The notes below the pieces were generated by a model that saw nothing but the letters and a program-made list of their open reading frames with translations, searched no databases and was not told where the DNA came from. A program made the position numbers and the translations under genes. DNA of 64,000 bases from Candidatus Eiseniibacteriota bacterium (GTDB taxonomy: Bacteria > Eisenbacteria > RBG-16-71-46 > CAIMUX01 > VGJL01). Shown here one piece after another: positions 47,175 to 56,827 of the stretch (its first letter is position 1; each line of letters starts with the position of its first letter). The stretch lies in the NCBI GenBank assembly GCA_963792585.1, contig CAWBWI010000006.1, positions 480,001 through 544,000 of the forward strand, written 5' to 3'.

Positions 47175-47902
47175 TTCCCCTCCCCGGGCAGTTGGCCCCC
47201 ACCACCGCAGTTGCCCCAACCGTTCCCGTCGGTGTCGACGAACAGATTGAAATAGCAGCCGTCGCGGTAGATCCAGATGCTGGGCCGCTGCAGCACTTCA
47301 GACCCTTTCGATCCGATGAGCCACTGGAATCGCTGCCCGTCGTGCGCGTCGTCCGCGATCATATCCAGGTCCGGCGAAAGGAGTGCGACGGAACCGTCGA
47401 AGGTGACATCCGGCGCGCCGTCGAGATCGAGATCGATCGTCGCGTAGGGCTTCTGCCGATACTGGACGGTGAGATAGGCGGGCGCCGGCGGTGCGTCGAC
47501 CACCGCTCGATCCGCCTCCCCGTCGGCCATCGCGGGGACGAAGCGCGCGACACCCCCCGCCGCGGCGGAACCGACCACGGCGATGCCGTCGTGGGTGTAG
47601 CGGGAAGCGGGGGTTGTCTGCGCCCAGGAAGCGCCCGCCAGCGCGTCGGCGTTCAAAGGCGGCGCGAAGACGGCATCGTAGCGACGATGCCAGAGCGTCT
47701 CGACATCCTCGAGGTAGGCAAGCTCGGGATCGAACCCGCACGCCACCCCCACGACCTTCATCCTGCAGAGCAGCTGCATGGCCTCTGCGTCCTTGCCTGC
47801 GGCAACCAGATCACGGAACTCGCGTCGCATCTCGCGTTCGTTCGCTCCCGCATACCCGCCAACCATGCACAGAAGGAATCCAACCAGGATTGCGGCCCTC
47901 AT
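47171..47902 (-). CDS. Secreted hypothetical protein
   Basis: AAGGAG RBS; signal peptide MRAAILVGFLLCMVGGYAGA; DLDLDGAPD and DTDGNG Ca-binding-like loops. Confidence 0.6.
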   Translation of the reverse strand: MRAAILVGFLLCMVGGYAGANEREMRREFRDLVAAGKDAEAMQLLCRMKVVGVACGFDPELAYLEDVETLWHRRYDAVFAPPLNADALAGASWAQTTPASRYTHDGIAVVGSAAAGGVARFVPAMADGEADRAVVDAPPAPAYLTVQYRQKPYATIDLDLDGAPDVTFDGSVALLSPDLDMIADDAHDGQRFQWLIGSKGSEVLQRPSIWIYRDGCYFNLFVDTDGNGWGNCGGGGQLPGEGK

Positions 47903-48175
47903 GACGGACTCTCCTTTCGTCGGCTGCCGCATTGAACCACCGCCCGGCGATGCGGGTCCGCGGAATCGAGGGCATTTGGTCCCGCTCGGCGGGGCCGGGG
48001 CCACTCCCGGAGGACCACCGTGCCACCCCACCAGGTCGGCCCCCACATCCGGCCGGTCCGATGCGCCCCTCCGATTCTATCCCTGCGGGAGAAACGACGT
48101 CAGGAGCGGCAGAGATAGGAACACGGCGAACGGGTACAATCGTCGTTGCATGAACCGTCGAATTCAGGGTGATCG

Positions 48176-49798
48176 GTGTCCAAGGGCCGACTGATCCGAC
48201 TCCTCGTCTGGATCCTGATCGCGCTCGCGCTGCGCGCCGCCGCGCTGCGCGGGGACGGATTGTGGATGGATGAGGGGTATACGGCCTGGACGGCCCACCT
48301 GCGGGGAACCGAGCACCTCGCCGCCGTACGAAACGACGATGCGCCGCCCCTCTACTATGCAATCCAACGGGCGATCCTCCCCCATCTCCCACCGAACGAA
48401 GCCTCCGTCCGCCTGCTGAGTGTCGTCGCGGGGGTCGCGGGCGTCTGCTGGCTGGCAGCCGCTCCGCCCGTCGCGGGGCTCATCGAGGGGCCCGTCGCCT
48501 GCTATGCGATCGGAACCTACTGCGTCTATTACGGAAGGCAGGGGCGGTCGTACGCCTTGCTCATCCTGTGGGGACTGATCCTGATGACGGCGACCGCACG
48601 GGCCCTCCGCGGCGAACGAAGGTGGCTGATCGTCGTGGCGCTCGTCGAAGGGCTCGCCCTCTGGACGCACAACGTCGCGGCGATGCTGGTCGCCGGGGCG
48701 AACCTCGCCTGGCTGCTCTGCGGACGGAAGGACCCGCGGGGGTGGTTTGCCGCCCAGGCGGGGGCCCTGCTGATCTGGATTCCCTACCTCGCCTGGATCC
48801 TGCCGGAGCAGTTGGCAATGCATGCGGCCTACAACACATGGATCGAGCCGTTCTGGAAGAAGGTGCCGCTCGTCTTCGGACCGTTCCTGAGCCTGGGATG
48901 CTTCACGAGCGGTGCGCGGGTGGAGCCCCTCCCACACGCCGAACGCTGGTACTATCCGGGTCCCGGATCGATGCCGTTGTCGCTCGTCGCCCACGCTGCT
49001 GTTCTGACGCTGCTCGTCGCGGCGTTCCGGAGGAATCAGCGCCGGGAAGCGCTCTTCGCCGCAACCTTCACGCTCGGTCCCCTGTTCGCCCTCGCTGTGC
49101 TCTCCATGGTCGGGACACCTGCGTACACGGTCGGGCGGACCGACGCGATCGGCTATGCGGGATTCGTCGTCTGGGCGGCGCTGGGGTTTCGTGCGCTGCC
49201 GAGGCCCGGTCGCGGGATCGTGGCGGGAGTGCTCCTCTTGAGCACCGTCCTCGCGGTGACGACCCGCGCGCCCTTCGCGGGACACCGGCGCGAGCACGAT
49301 CGAGCCATAGGCTTCACATTGCGCCGGCTGGTGCGCCCAGGAGACTGGGTCGCCTTCGTGGGACCTTCACGCCCCTCGATCGACTACTACCTCTCGGACG
49401 GACGGCCCGGACGCACGGATGCGCCCTTCATGCGGGTGCAGTTTCCGGCGAGCTTCGCGCGCAATCCGGCTGCGGATTATCCCGCGTTGGCGGACAGCCT
49501 AAGGACATATGAGAGCGAGGCACGCAAGATAAGAGACCGTTTCGAGGCGATCGCCGGGCCGGGCGCGACGTTCTGGTGCGTGGTGCCGATGCACCCCGGC
49601 CGCGCCCCCGACCCCACCGCATCCGAACTTCCCTACCCGGGGGCGATCCTCGCCTACGCCGTCAACGGGCTCCGACCCCTCCACCCCATCGAGCGGTTGC
49701 GTGGTGACGAAATGGGGGTCGACTGGCTCCTGTTCGGGGTCCGCTGGGAATCGCTGATCCCCCGAGACGAGCTCCAGCCGGTCCAGGCCGAGCCCTGA
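48176..49798 (+). CDS. GT39/PMT-like membrane glycosyltransferase
   Basis: GLWMDEGYT, APPLYY, VRLLSV, GRSYAL; many TMs. Confidence 0.75.
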   Translation: MSKGRLIRLLVWILIALALRAAALRGDGLWMDEGYTAWTAHLRGTEHLAAVRNDDAPPLYYAIQRAILPHLPPNEASVRLLSVVAGVAGVCWLAAAPPVAGLIEGPVACYAIGTYCVYYGRQGRSYALLILWGLILMTATARALRGERRWLIVVALVEGLALWTHNVAAMLVAGANLAWLLCGRKDPRGWFAAQAGALLIWIPYLAWILPEQLAMHAAYNTWIEPFWKKVPLVFGPFLSLGCFTSGARVEPLPHAERWYYPGPGSMPLSLVAHAAVLTLLVAAFRRNQRREALFAATFTLGPLFALAVLSMVGTPAYTVGRTDAIGYAGFVVWAALGFRALPRPGRGIVAGVLLLSTVLAVTTRAPFAGHRREHDRAIGFTLRRLVRPGDWVAFVGPSRPSIDYYLSDGRPGRTDAPFMRVQFPASFARNPAADYPALADSLRTYESEARKIRDRFEAIAGPGATFWCVVPMHPGRAPDPTASELPYPGAILAYAVNGLRPLHPIERLRGDEMGVDWLLFGVRWESLIPRDELQPVQAEP

Positions 49799-49901
49799 GG
49801 AATCGGCGCCTCCGCGGTCAGGGAGGCGGCCGTCGGTCCCGCCATGGGGCGGACGGTCGCGCCGGTCGGATCGACCCGACGATTGGACGATCGACCAGAG
49901 G

Positions 49902-50111
49902 CTATTCCTTCACCGGAAGAACGTGGATCGCCTTGATGATGAGGTGAACCTCGTCACCCACCTTGAGGTTCAGCTCTGCGACCGACTCGGTCGTAAGGAC
50001 CGAGGCCATGTCGGCCGGACCGGTGACCTTGAACTTGACGAGGGACATGACGTCCCCGTTCTTCACGGACGTGACCTTCGCGACCAGCTTGTTCTGCGCT
50101 CCGTACTTCAT
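49902..50111 (-). CDS. TOBE-domain molybdate-binding (Mop-like) protein
   Basis: MKYGAQNKL...SVLTTESVAELNLKVGDEVHLIIKAIHV; 69 aa; GGAGG RBS. Confidence 0.88.
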   Translation of the reverse strand: MKYGAQNKLVAKVTSVKNGDVMSLVKFKVTGPADMASVLTTESVAELNLKVGDEVHLIIKAIHVLPVKE

Positions 50112-50625
50112 CAGATCCTCCCGGGTTCGAAATCCATCGGATCGAGCCGCCATTCATCCAGGACGAGCGGTGGTATGAAGCCTTGATAGCGCCGGTGATT
50201 GGCCCAGGCAATCGGTTTCGCGTCGGGCCCGGCCGTGGTGCACAAGCGGGCAGGACGAACCACGATCCCGACGCGGCCCAGGTCGAGCCGGTCGGCGTCC
50301 CAGCAGCTCTGGATCGTCAGATCGCCGACGCCGCGGGCTCGCATCCGGCGGATGCCTCCAGTCGGCGCATCGCGTAGATCCTCCCGGCATTCGCCTTCCG
50401 CTCGCCCGTGAGCGGTGATCGCTGGTCGACGTCGAGTCCGCCCGTCACTGTGGAACGCGCACGCTACGGAAAGCAGCTCGAACTCCTCATCGGGCAGATC
50501 GAACAGAACGCCCCGAAGCGATGCGGCGAACGCCGCCCCCGCGACTTCCGTGGCCGGGATCCGATCCATCGTTCCAACGGCAGGAATCGTGGAAAAGGGA
50601 GAACAGCTCGATGACCGCCGGACGC
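50111..50625 (-). pseudogene. HD-domain phosphohydrolase remnant (5'-truncated, frameshifted, interrupted by a repeat copy)
   Basis: VIELFSLFHDSCRWNDGSDPGHGSRG, then a frameshift in a G5 run near 50537, then AAFAASLRG...ACAFHSDGRT-[insert]-GDLTIQSCWDADRLDLGRVG. Confidence 0.7.
50332..50410 (-). repeat. Copy of ~76-nt palindromic repeat inside the HD gene
   Basis: Reverse complement reads cacgggcgagcggaaggcgaatgccgggaggatctacgcgatgcgccgactggaggcatccgccggatgcgagcccg. Confidence 0.85.
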
Positions 50626-50820
50626 GACACCCGCGCGCTCACCAGCAGCGGCCCACGCGCGAGCGGGAGGCGGGCGCCGGAAGGAGCTGCGCTATGCGCC
50701 GACTGGAGGCGCCCGCCGGACGCGACGCGCGGGGCACGACGCAGCGCGAGCCCGGCAGGCGGGGCCCGGAGGGAGCTGCACTATGCGCCGACCGTAGGCG
50801 CCCGCCGGACGCGACGCACG
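50613..50820 (+). repeat. Array of one partial and two full copies of the palindromic repeat
   Basis: 3' fragment ccgccggacgcgac near 50615; full copies at about 50654-50731 and 50745-50820. Confidence 0.85.
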
Positions 50821-50843
50821 GGGGCCATCGGGTCGATCTCCCC

Positions 50844-51275
50844 TCAGCCCGGGAGTCCGGCCTTCGCCAGGATCGGTCCGCGCAGGGAATCGGGGACCGG
50901 CATCACCGAGAGCCTTCCCAGGCGGATGAGATCGAAGGAGGCGAAGTGCGGGTCGGCCTTCAACTCCGCAAGGGTCACAGGCCTGGGAAACGTTCGGTCG
51001 GCCTTTACGTCGACAACGACGATCTTCGGATCCCCCGCCTTGGGATCGGGGTAGGCGCCACGCGTGACCCGCGCCGTCCCGACGATCGCCCTCTCCTTAC
51101 CGGTGTGGTAGATCAGGACCTCATCCCCCTTGGCCACGATGCGCAGGTGCTGGAGTGCGAGCGCGTTGGTCACGCCGTCCCAGACATCGCCCCCCCTTCC
51201 GGCGGCGAGGTCCGCGAATGAGAACGTGTCGGGATCGGTCTTGAAGAGCCAGAGCTTGGGAGCCTTCTTCTGCAT
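50844..51275 (-). CDS. EVE domain protein
   Basis: WLFKTDPDTFSFADL, WDGVTNALA, GDEVLIYHTG, RLSVMPV; AGGAGG RBS. Confidence 0.9.
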   Translation of the reverse strand: MQKKAPKLWLFKTDPDTFSFADLAAGRGGDVWDGVTNALALQHLRIVAKGDEVLIYHTGKERAIVGTARVTRGAYPDPKAGDPKIVVVDVKADRTFPRPVTLAELKADPHFASFDLIRLGRLSVMPVPDSLRGPILAKAGLPG

Positions 51276-51379
51276 GGTCCCTCCTACGGATAGCATTGAC
51301 CCGCATCTCCCGGCTGTCTAGCCTGCCGTGCGTGATCTCCAGTCGCCCTCATGGGCGATTCTCCAACACGGAGGTTCCA

Positions 51380-52555
51380 ATGCCGGCAACGATCTTGCAC
51401 TTGGCGGACCTGCACCTGGGTGCATCCCACTCGTATCTGGGCGAGCGCGCCCCGGTGCGTGCGAAGGAATCCGACGGCGTCCTCGAGCGCGTGGCCGCGT
51501 GGCTCACCGGCCCGGACGCCCCGAAAGTGGGCGCCGTTCTCATCGCCGGCGATCTCTTCGATGACCCCCGTCCCGGCGACGCTCTGGCCGAACGCACCGT
51601 CCGCGCCCTCCGGCAGATCGAGGAGGCGGGAATCGCGACCGTCACCTTGCCCGGCAACCACGATGAGTGGACCTATCCGGACGGCGTCTTTCGGAGATAT
51701 GAGACGAGCTGGCCGGGCCGGCTCGTCACGGAGACCGAGCCGACCGTGGTGTCCTTGCTCGATCTGGGCGGGACCGCCGTCGAGATCGTCTCCTGCGCAT
51801 TCAACCAGGGACGCAATCCGTCCCCGCCGCAATGGAAGAGCCCCCTCCCCACCGCGCGCGAGCGAGGCGTCCGCCGCGTCGGCCTCTTCCACGGAACGTT
51901 GACCCTGCTCGGCTCCTTCATTGCTGAGGGGCCGCGCGCATTCCCGCTCGATCTGGATCAACTCGCCGCGTGGGGCCTCGATTATCTCGCCCTCGGCCAC
52001 ATCCACAAGCGGCAGGACTTCCGCAGCGGGTCGTGCCTCGCGCTCTATCCGGGCCCGATCGAGGGATTCGGTTTCGCGGACGGCGGATCGCCCGTGATGA
52101 CGATCGTCGACCTGAGCGGAGAGACCGCAAAGCTCCAGCCGGTCGATGCGGTGGCGGCGGGAATCCGCCTACGCAACGTGACCATGCTCCCGATCGAGAT
52201 GGCGGGGGTGGCCGACGAGGCCCACCTCGAGTCGAAGATCGCGGAAGCGTCCGGCCCGGGAGGGCCACCACCCATCGTCAAGGTCCTATTGCGAGGACGT
52301 CCCGCATTCGCGGTCCGCGTCGACGAGATCCGCCGCAAGATGGCGGGATCGTTCGAGCATCTCGAGATCGAGGCCGAGTCGATCGGCGCGGACCTCGGCG
52401 CCTGGAAGTCGCTCGCCGAGCAGCGAACGCTCGAGGGGATCTTCGTCGCCAAGGTCCTGTCGATGCGCGCCGAGGAGCCCGATCCGGAACGCACGGGCTT
52501 CTGGGACGAGGTCGCCGAGGCGGGGCTGCGCGCCCTCGGACGGGGGGAACGATGA
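51380..52555 (+). CDS. SbcD/Mre11/YhaO-like DNA repair metallophosphoesterase nuclease
   Basis: HLADLHLG, IAGDLFD, PGNHD, FHG, LALGHIH, YPGPIEG. Confidence 0.9.
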   Translation: MPATILHLADLHLGASHSYLGERAPVRAKESDGVLERVAAWLTGPDAPKVGAVLIAGDLFDDPRPGDALAERTVRALRQIEEAGIATVTLPGNHDEWTYPDGVFRRYETSWPGRLVTETEPTVVSLLDLGGTAVEIVSCAFNQGRNPSPPQWKSPLPTARERGVRRVGLFHGTLTLLGSFIAEGPRAFPLDLDQLAAWGLDYLALGHIHKRQDFRSGSCLALYPGPIEGFGFADGGSPVMTIVDLSGETAKLQPVDAVAAGIRLRNVTMLPIEMAGVADEAHLESKIAEASGPGGPPPIVKVLLRGRPAFAVRVDEIRRKMAGSFEHLEIEAESIGADLGAWKSLAEQRTLEGIFVAKVLSMRAEEPDPERTGFWDEVAEAGLRALGRGER

Positions 52556-55500
52556 AACGCGCGGTCCGTTTCCGCGAGCTCTCTCTCACGGGTTTCGGTC
52601 TCTGGAAGGAGCCGACCCGCTTCCTTTTCCCGAGCGGCTTGGGGTCCTCGCCCTGCCCAATGAAAGCGGCAAGAGCACGATGGTCGCGGGGCTGCGGGCG
52701 GTGCTCTTCGGCCTGAAAGACGGTCCCGACGCGATTCGCTCCTGGGGCGGCGCGCCCGCCTGCCGGGGACAGATCGATCTGGACGCGAGGGACCGCAGGG
52801 TCCGGATCGCGCGCGATTTCGCATCGCACGAGACGACGGTTCAAGAGATCGACGCGGAGGGGCGCGCGGGCACGATCCTCTTCACCGGAGCGGCGAACCC
52901 GCGCGGTCGCACGCATGAGAAGGAACGCTACGCGGCGAGCCTGAGCGAGTTCCTCGGGGATCTGGCCGACGGAGACCTGTTCGCCTCCGCCTTCATGATC
53001 ACCCAATCCACGCTCCCGGGCGCGGGCCTCGGCGATTCCCTCAGGAAACTCGTGGGTGGGGTGGGCCGGATCGGCGGCCAGGAGGCGCTCGCCGCCCTCT
53101 TCGAGGACGCAAAAAGTTGACGCGCGCGACCGGGGATCTCCACCTCGTGGCCCCTGGGAAGGATCAGTCGCGGAATCAGGGCACCGACGGTGAAATCGAG
53201 CGGACCCATGCGCAGATCAACGCGGCGCGGCGTCTCCTCTCGTCGGCTTCGGATGATTTCGGCCGGCAGCGCGATCTCGAGGCGAAGGAGGAGGGCACGC
53301 GCGAGGGGCTCGCGTCCGCTGAAGAGGAGAGCCGTCACGCCCGCGCCGACCGGGACCAGATCGAAGCGTACCGCGAGTGCGCAAAAGCGATGGACGCAGC
53401 CCGCACCGCCTACGGCGAGTTGAGCGCAGCCCTCACCGCCTACGACGCAGCCGTCGCCGAAGCGGAAGCTGCAGACGCGGAGGCTGCGGCCGCGCAGACC
53501 GGGCAGCGTGCCGCCGATGCTTCAGCCGCCAATTCCCGGTGGGATCGGCTCGCCTCCCTGGAGGGGGGCGCCGATCCGGTCGCCTGGACCGTGCGCGTGC
53601 GATCGGCCGCCGCGCGTTGGCAGGAGGCGGTGGAGCGCCTGCACGACCTCGAGAGGGCGCGGGCGGAGTCGATGGAACGGCGCGACAGTCTCTCGGCGGT
53701 GGCCGTCCTTCCGGAAGAAGTGCAGGAGCAGCTTGCCCGGCTGCCGGAGAGCATCGAGGCGCTCGAGCAGAAGGCCGCGCTTGCCGAGGAGAGCGCGGAA
53801 AGTCGCCGCGCACTGGCCGTGGAGGCGCTGCGCAAGCGCGCCGACTTTCAACGGCGCTACGCCCCGATCGAGGGAATGGATGTCGAGCGGATCGTCACCC
53901 TCCTCGAAGAGCGCGCCGCGCTGCACAAGAAGATCGCCTCGATCGACTCGGATACCGCCGGAGCACGGGAGATCGTCACGGGCGCCGCCGGCAAACGACG
54001 GTGGCCGCGTGCGCTGGTGATCGGAGCCGTCGCGGGGGCCGCCCTAGGGGTGGGCCTGATCGCGCTCAACGCCCCTACGGCGGTCGGGGTGGCCGCCGGC
54101 GCGATCGTCCTCGCGATCCTGTTCCTCCTGCTTCGCAGGACGCCGCGCGCCGTGCGGAACGCGCAGAAGGCGCTGGAGACCGCGACGCGCGAGGCGGATG
54201 CGGCGCGCGCGCGCCTGCAGATGGAGATCCTCCCGCCCGGCCCGTGGCTTCCTGATGATGAGGGGGCGGCCGACCGGGCGCGCGAGCTCTATCGCAACCG
54301 CGAAGCCGACGCCGCCTCGCTCGCCGAGACGGAGGCGCTCGCCGACGAACCGGCGCTCGACCGCGCGGCCCGCACGCGCGAGGAAGCGCATGCGGAACGT
54401 CAGCGCCTGGAAGAGCAAGCGAGTCTCATCGAGCAGGCGAGCGGTCGCCCGGCCTCCGAGGGCAATTCGCGCCTATCGGGAAGCGGGCACGGAATTGCAT
54501 CGCATTGACGAGCAGATGGAGTCCGCGCGGCGCGCAATCGCCGGCACGGAAGGAGGAGATGATCCGCTGGCTGCGCCGATCGCCGCCCTCGCCGGATCGT
54601 GGGACACAATCGTCGAGGCGATTCCGGTCCTCGGCATCGAAGCCGTCACGCTCGGCGATCTGCACGCGCGCCTGAACTCCCTCGCTCCGTCCGAGTGGGA
54701 ATCGTACGAAACCGACGCCCGCGACTTCGTGACCGCCCGCGAGGGCCGCGCCCTGCGCGCTTCCGCGGCTCGGGATCGCGCCGCGCAGATCCTCGAAACC
54801 GCCCGCGGCGGGCCGTTCGCCGATCGGGCGGCCCTCGGCGCGGAGGTCGAAGAGCAGGACGAGAGACGGCGGGATGCAAAAGGCGCCGTCGAGAAGGCCG
54901 TCGCCGAGAGCGATCTGGTCCGCGAGTACGCGGACTCCGATGGCAGCGGGCAGGATCGGATCCGGAGCAAGGTCTCCGACCGGGCCTCGAGCGCGGAGGC
55001 CGCGTTCGCCCGAGCGCGCGATGCACACGCGGATGCCAAGGCCCAGCTGACTGCATGGCACCCGCCGCAACCGATCAATCTGGCGGCCGTGGAACTCGAG
55101 ATCGCCGAGCTCGAGGAACGGCTGATCCGGCTCGAGCGGCGCAAGGAGGCGACGGCCAAAGCCTGGTTCGTCCTTGGGGACGCGATCCACGAGTTCGCAT
55201 CGGCGCATCGCGAGACGCTCGAGGAGAATCTCGACCGCCGGTTCCGCATGATCACGCGCCGCGAGGCGCGCCGGGTGCGCTTGGGCGCCCAGTTTGAGGT
55301 CGAAATCCTCGAGGAGGCGGCTTCAACGAACGAGGATCTGCTCTCGCAGGGAGCGCGGGACCAGCTGGCCTTCTGCCTTCGCCTGGCGGTCGCCGACCTC
55401 GTCGCCGGCGATGTCCTGCTCCCGCTGATTCTCGACGATCCGTTCGTCCACAGCGACCCGGAGCGGCTCGAGCGGATCCGGGAGTCGCTCGGCGCCGCGG

Positions 55501-55592
55501 CCGAGGAACGTCAGGTGATCCTGCTCACGCAGGATATGCGGCTCGCGAACTGGGGAACGGCGATCCGGGTCGAGCGCGGCACCGCGGGATAG
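52552..55592 (+). pseudogene. Rad50/SbcC/YhaN-like coiled-coil ATPase, split by about 3 frameshifts (probably consensus errors)
   Basis: ATGA overlap with the nuclease stop; ELSLTGFG; Walker A LPNESGKST; long coiled coil with a central TM hairpin; LSQGARDQL signature; LILDDPF Walker B. Frame changes near 52640, 53115 and 54465. Confidence 0.8.
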
Positions 55593-55601
55593 CGCACGGC
55601 G

Positions 55602-56726
55602 TCAGGCGAGGAGTTCTCGATAGATCTTCTCGAGCCGGCCGATCATCGCTTCGGGCCCAAACTCCGCGTGGAACTTGGCTCGGTTCTCCTCGCCCATTGC
55701 TCGACGGAGTTCGGGCCGCGCTGCAAGCTCCGCGATCTTCGAGGCGATGTCCGCCGGGTCGCCCGGCTTGACGAAGAGGGCGTTGCGCCCCTCCTCGAGG
55801 AACTCCGGCATCGAGCCGACCGGCGAAACGACGAGCGGGAGCCCTGCTGCCATCGCTTCAAGGACCGCGATCGGTTGGTTCTCAACGAATGATGGAAGGA
55901 GGAAGATGTCGGCCTCGGCAAAGTGCCGGCGCTTCACTTCCCCCGACACGGCGCCGGGGAACTCGATCCCCTTCGTTCCCACGATCGCGCGGACGCTCTC
56001 GATCTCCTTGCGGTCCGCCGCGGTCGTCGCCTCGCCCGCGAAGACGAATCGCACATCGGCGACGCGTTCGCGCACGCGCGGCACCGCGCGGAGGGCATCG
56101 ACAACCCCCTTTCGCGACCAGAGCCGGCCCAGATAGAGGACTGTCACGCCCGCGCGCCGGGCGGGGCGTTCCAGTCGATCGGCCCAGCTGGCGAAGTCGG
56201 GTTCGACCGTGTTGGGGACGATCTCGACACGCAGGTTCGGGTCGACCGTGTCGATCAACGTGCGCCGCCATCCGTCGGAAAGGGCGATGAGGGTCCCCAC
56301 ACCGCGCAGGTTGGCCGCGATCCGCCTGCGCTTCCATGCGGGGGACGCGTCGACGAACAGACCGAATGAGGCTCCGTGCAGATGTCCGATAGTCGCCACG
56401 CCGAAGCGGCGGGCGAGCGACATGAACGCGCACTCTTTCCAGAATGAGATCCCGGAAGTGATCGGCTGGTGCATGATCCTGGGGCGGCGCGTGAGGAGAT
56501 TCCATGCGAGCCGGATGTACTGCCGCACGAAATAGATGAAATTGACCGGCGCGAAGGTCGATGCCTTGCCTCTGCCCGCGGCGGTGCGGGTGGTGTCGAG
56601 GGACATCAACTCGAACACCTCGCGAAGGCGTGAACGGAACAAAATGTCGTTGAACATCGCGACGCCACCTGTGGATCCGTCTCGGGGTCCGACGACGAGC
56701 ACGCGTGGCTTGCCGGACTGCGTGAT
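55602..56726 (-). CDS. GT4-family glycosyltransferase (start codon uncertain)
   Basis: RVLVVGP...GGV; GHLHG; LYLGRLWSRKG; ENQPIAVLEAMAAGLP. Confidence 0.88.
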   Translation of the reverse strand: MTQSGKPRVLVVGPRDGSTGGVAMFNDILFRSRLREVFELMSLDTTRTAAGRGKASTFAPVNFIYFVRQYIRLAWNLLTRRPRIMHQPITSGISFWKECAFMSLARRFGVATIGHLHGASFGLFVDASPAWKRRRIAANLRGVGTLIALSDGWRRTLIDTVDPNLRVEIVPNTVEPDFASWADRLERPARRAGVTVLYLGRLWSRKGVVDALRAVPRVRERVADVRFVFAGEATTAADRKEIESVRAIVGTKGIEFPGAVSGEVKRRHFAEADIFLLPSFVENQPIAVLEAMAAGLPLVVSPVGSMPEFLEEGRNALFVKPGDPADIASKIAELAARPELRRAMGEENRAKFHAEFGPEAMIGRLEKIYRELLA

Positions 56727-56827
56727 GATCCCTCCCTTCGCATTGCGGACGGCCGGGCGGATTGTATCCTGTCGACCAGCGCGGGGGCAGCAGGTAGAAT
56801 CGCCGCCGAGGCTGGGAGGACGATTTC

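Noticed and set aside
53105..53125. Programmed frameshift or selenocysteine TGA in the Rad50-like gene
   Set aside because: Adding one A to the A5 run restores the frame, the gene has other indels, and no SECIS or stimulatory structure is evident.
56724..56736. Non-canonical ATC start for the GT4 gene
   Set aside because: GGGAGG lies unusually close to the ATC codons, a nearby GTG is an alternative, and the assembly is error-prone, so I cannot support the claim.
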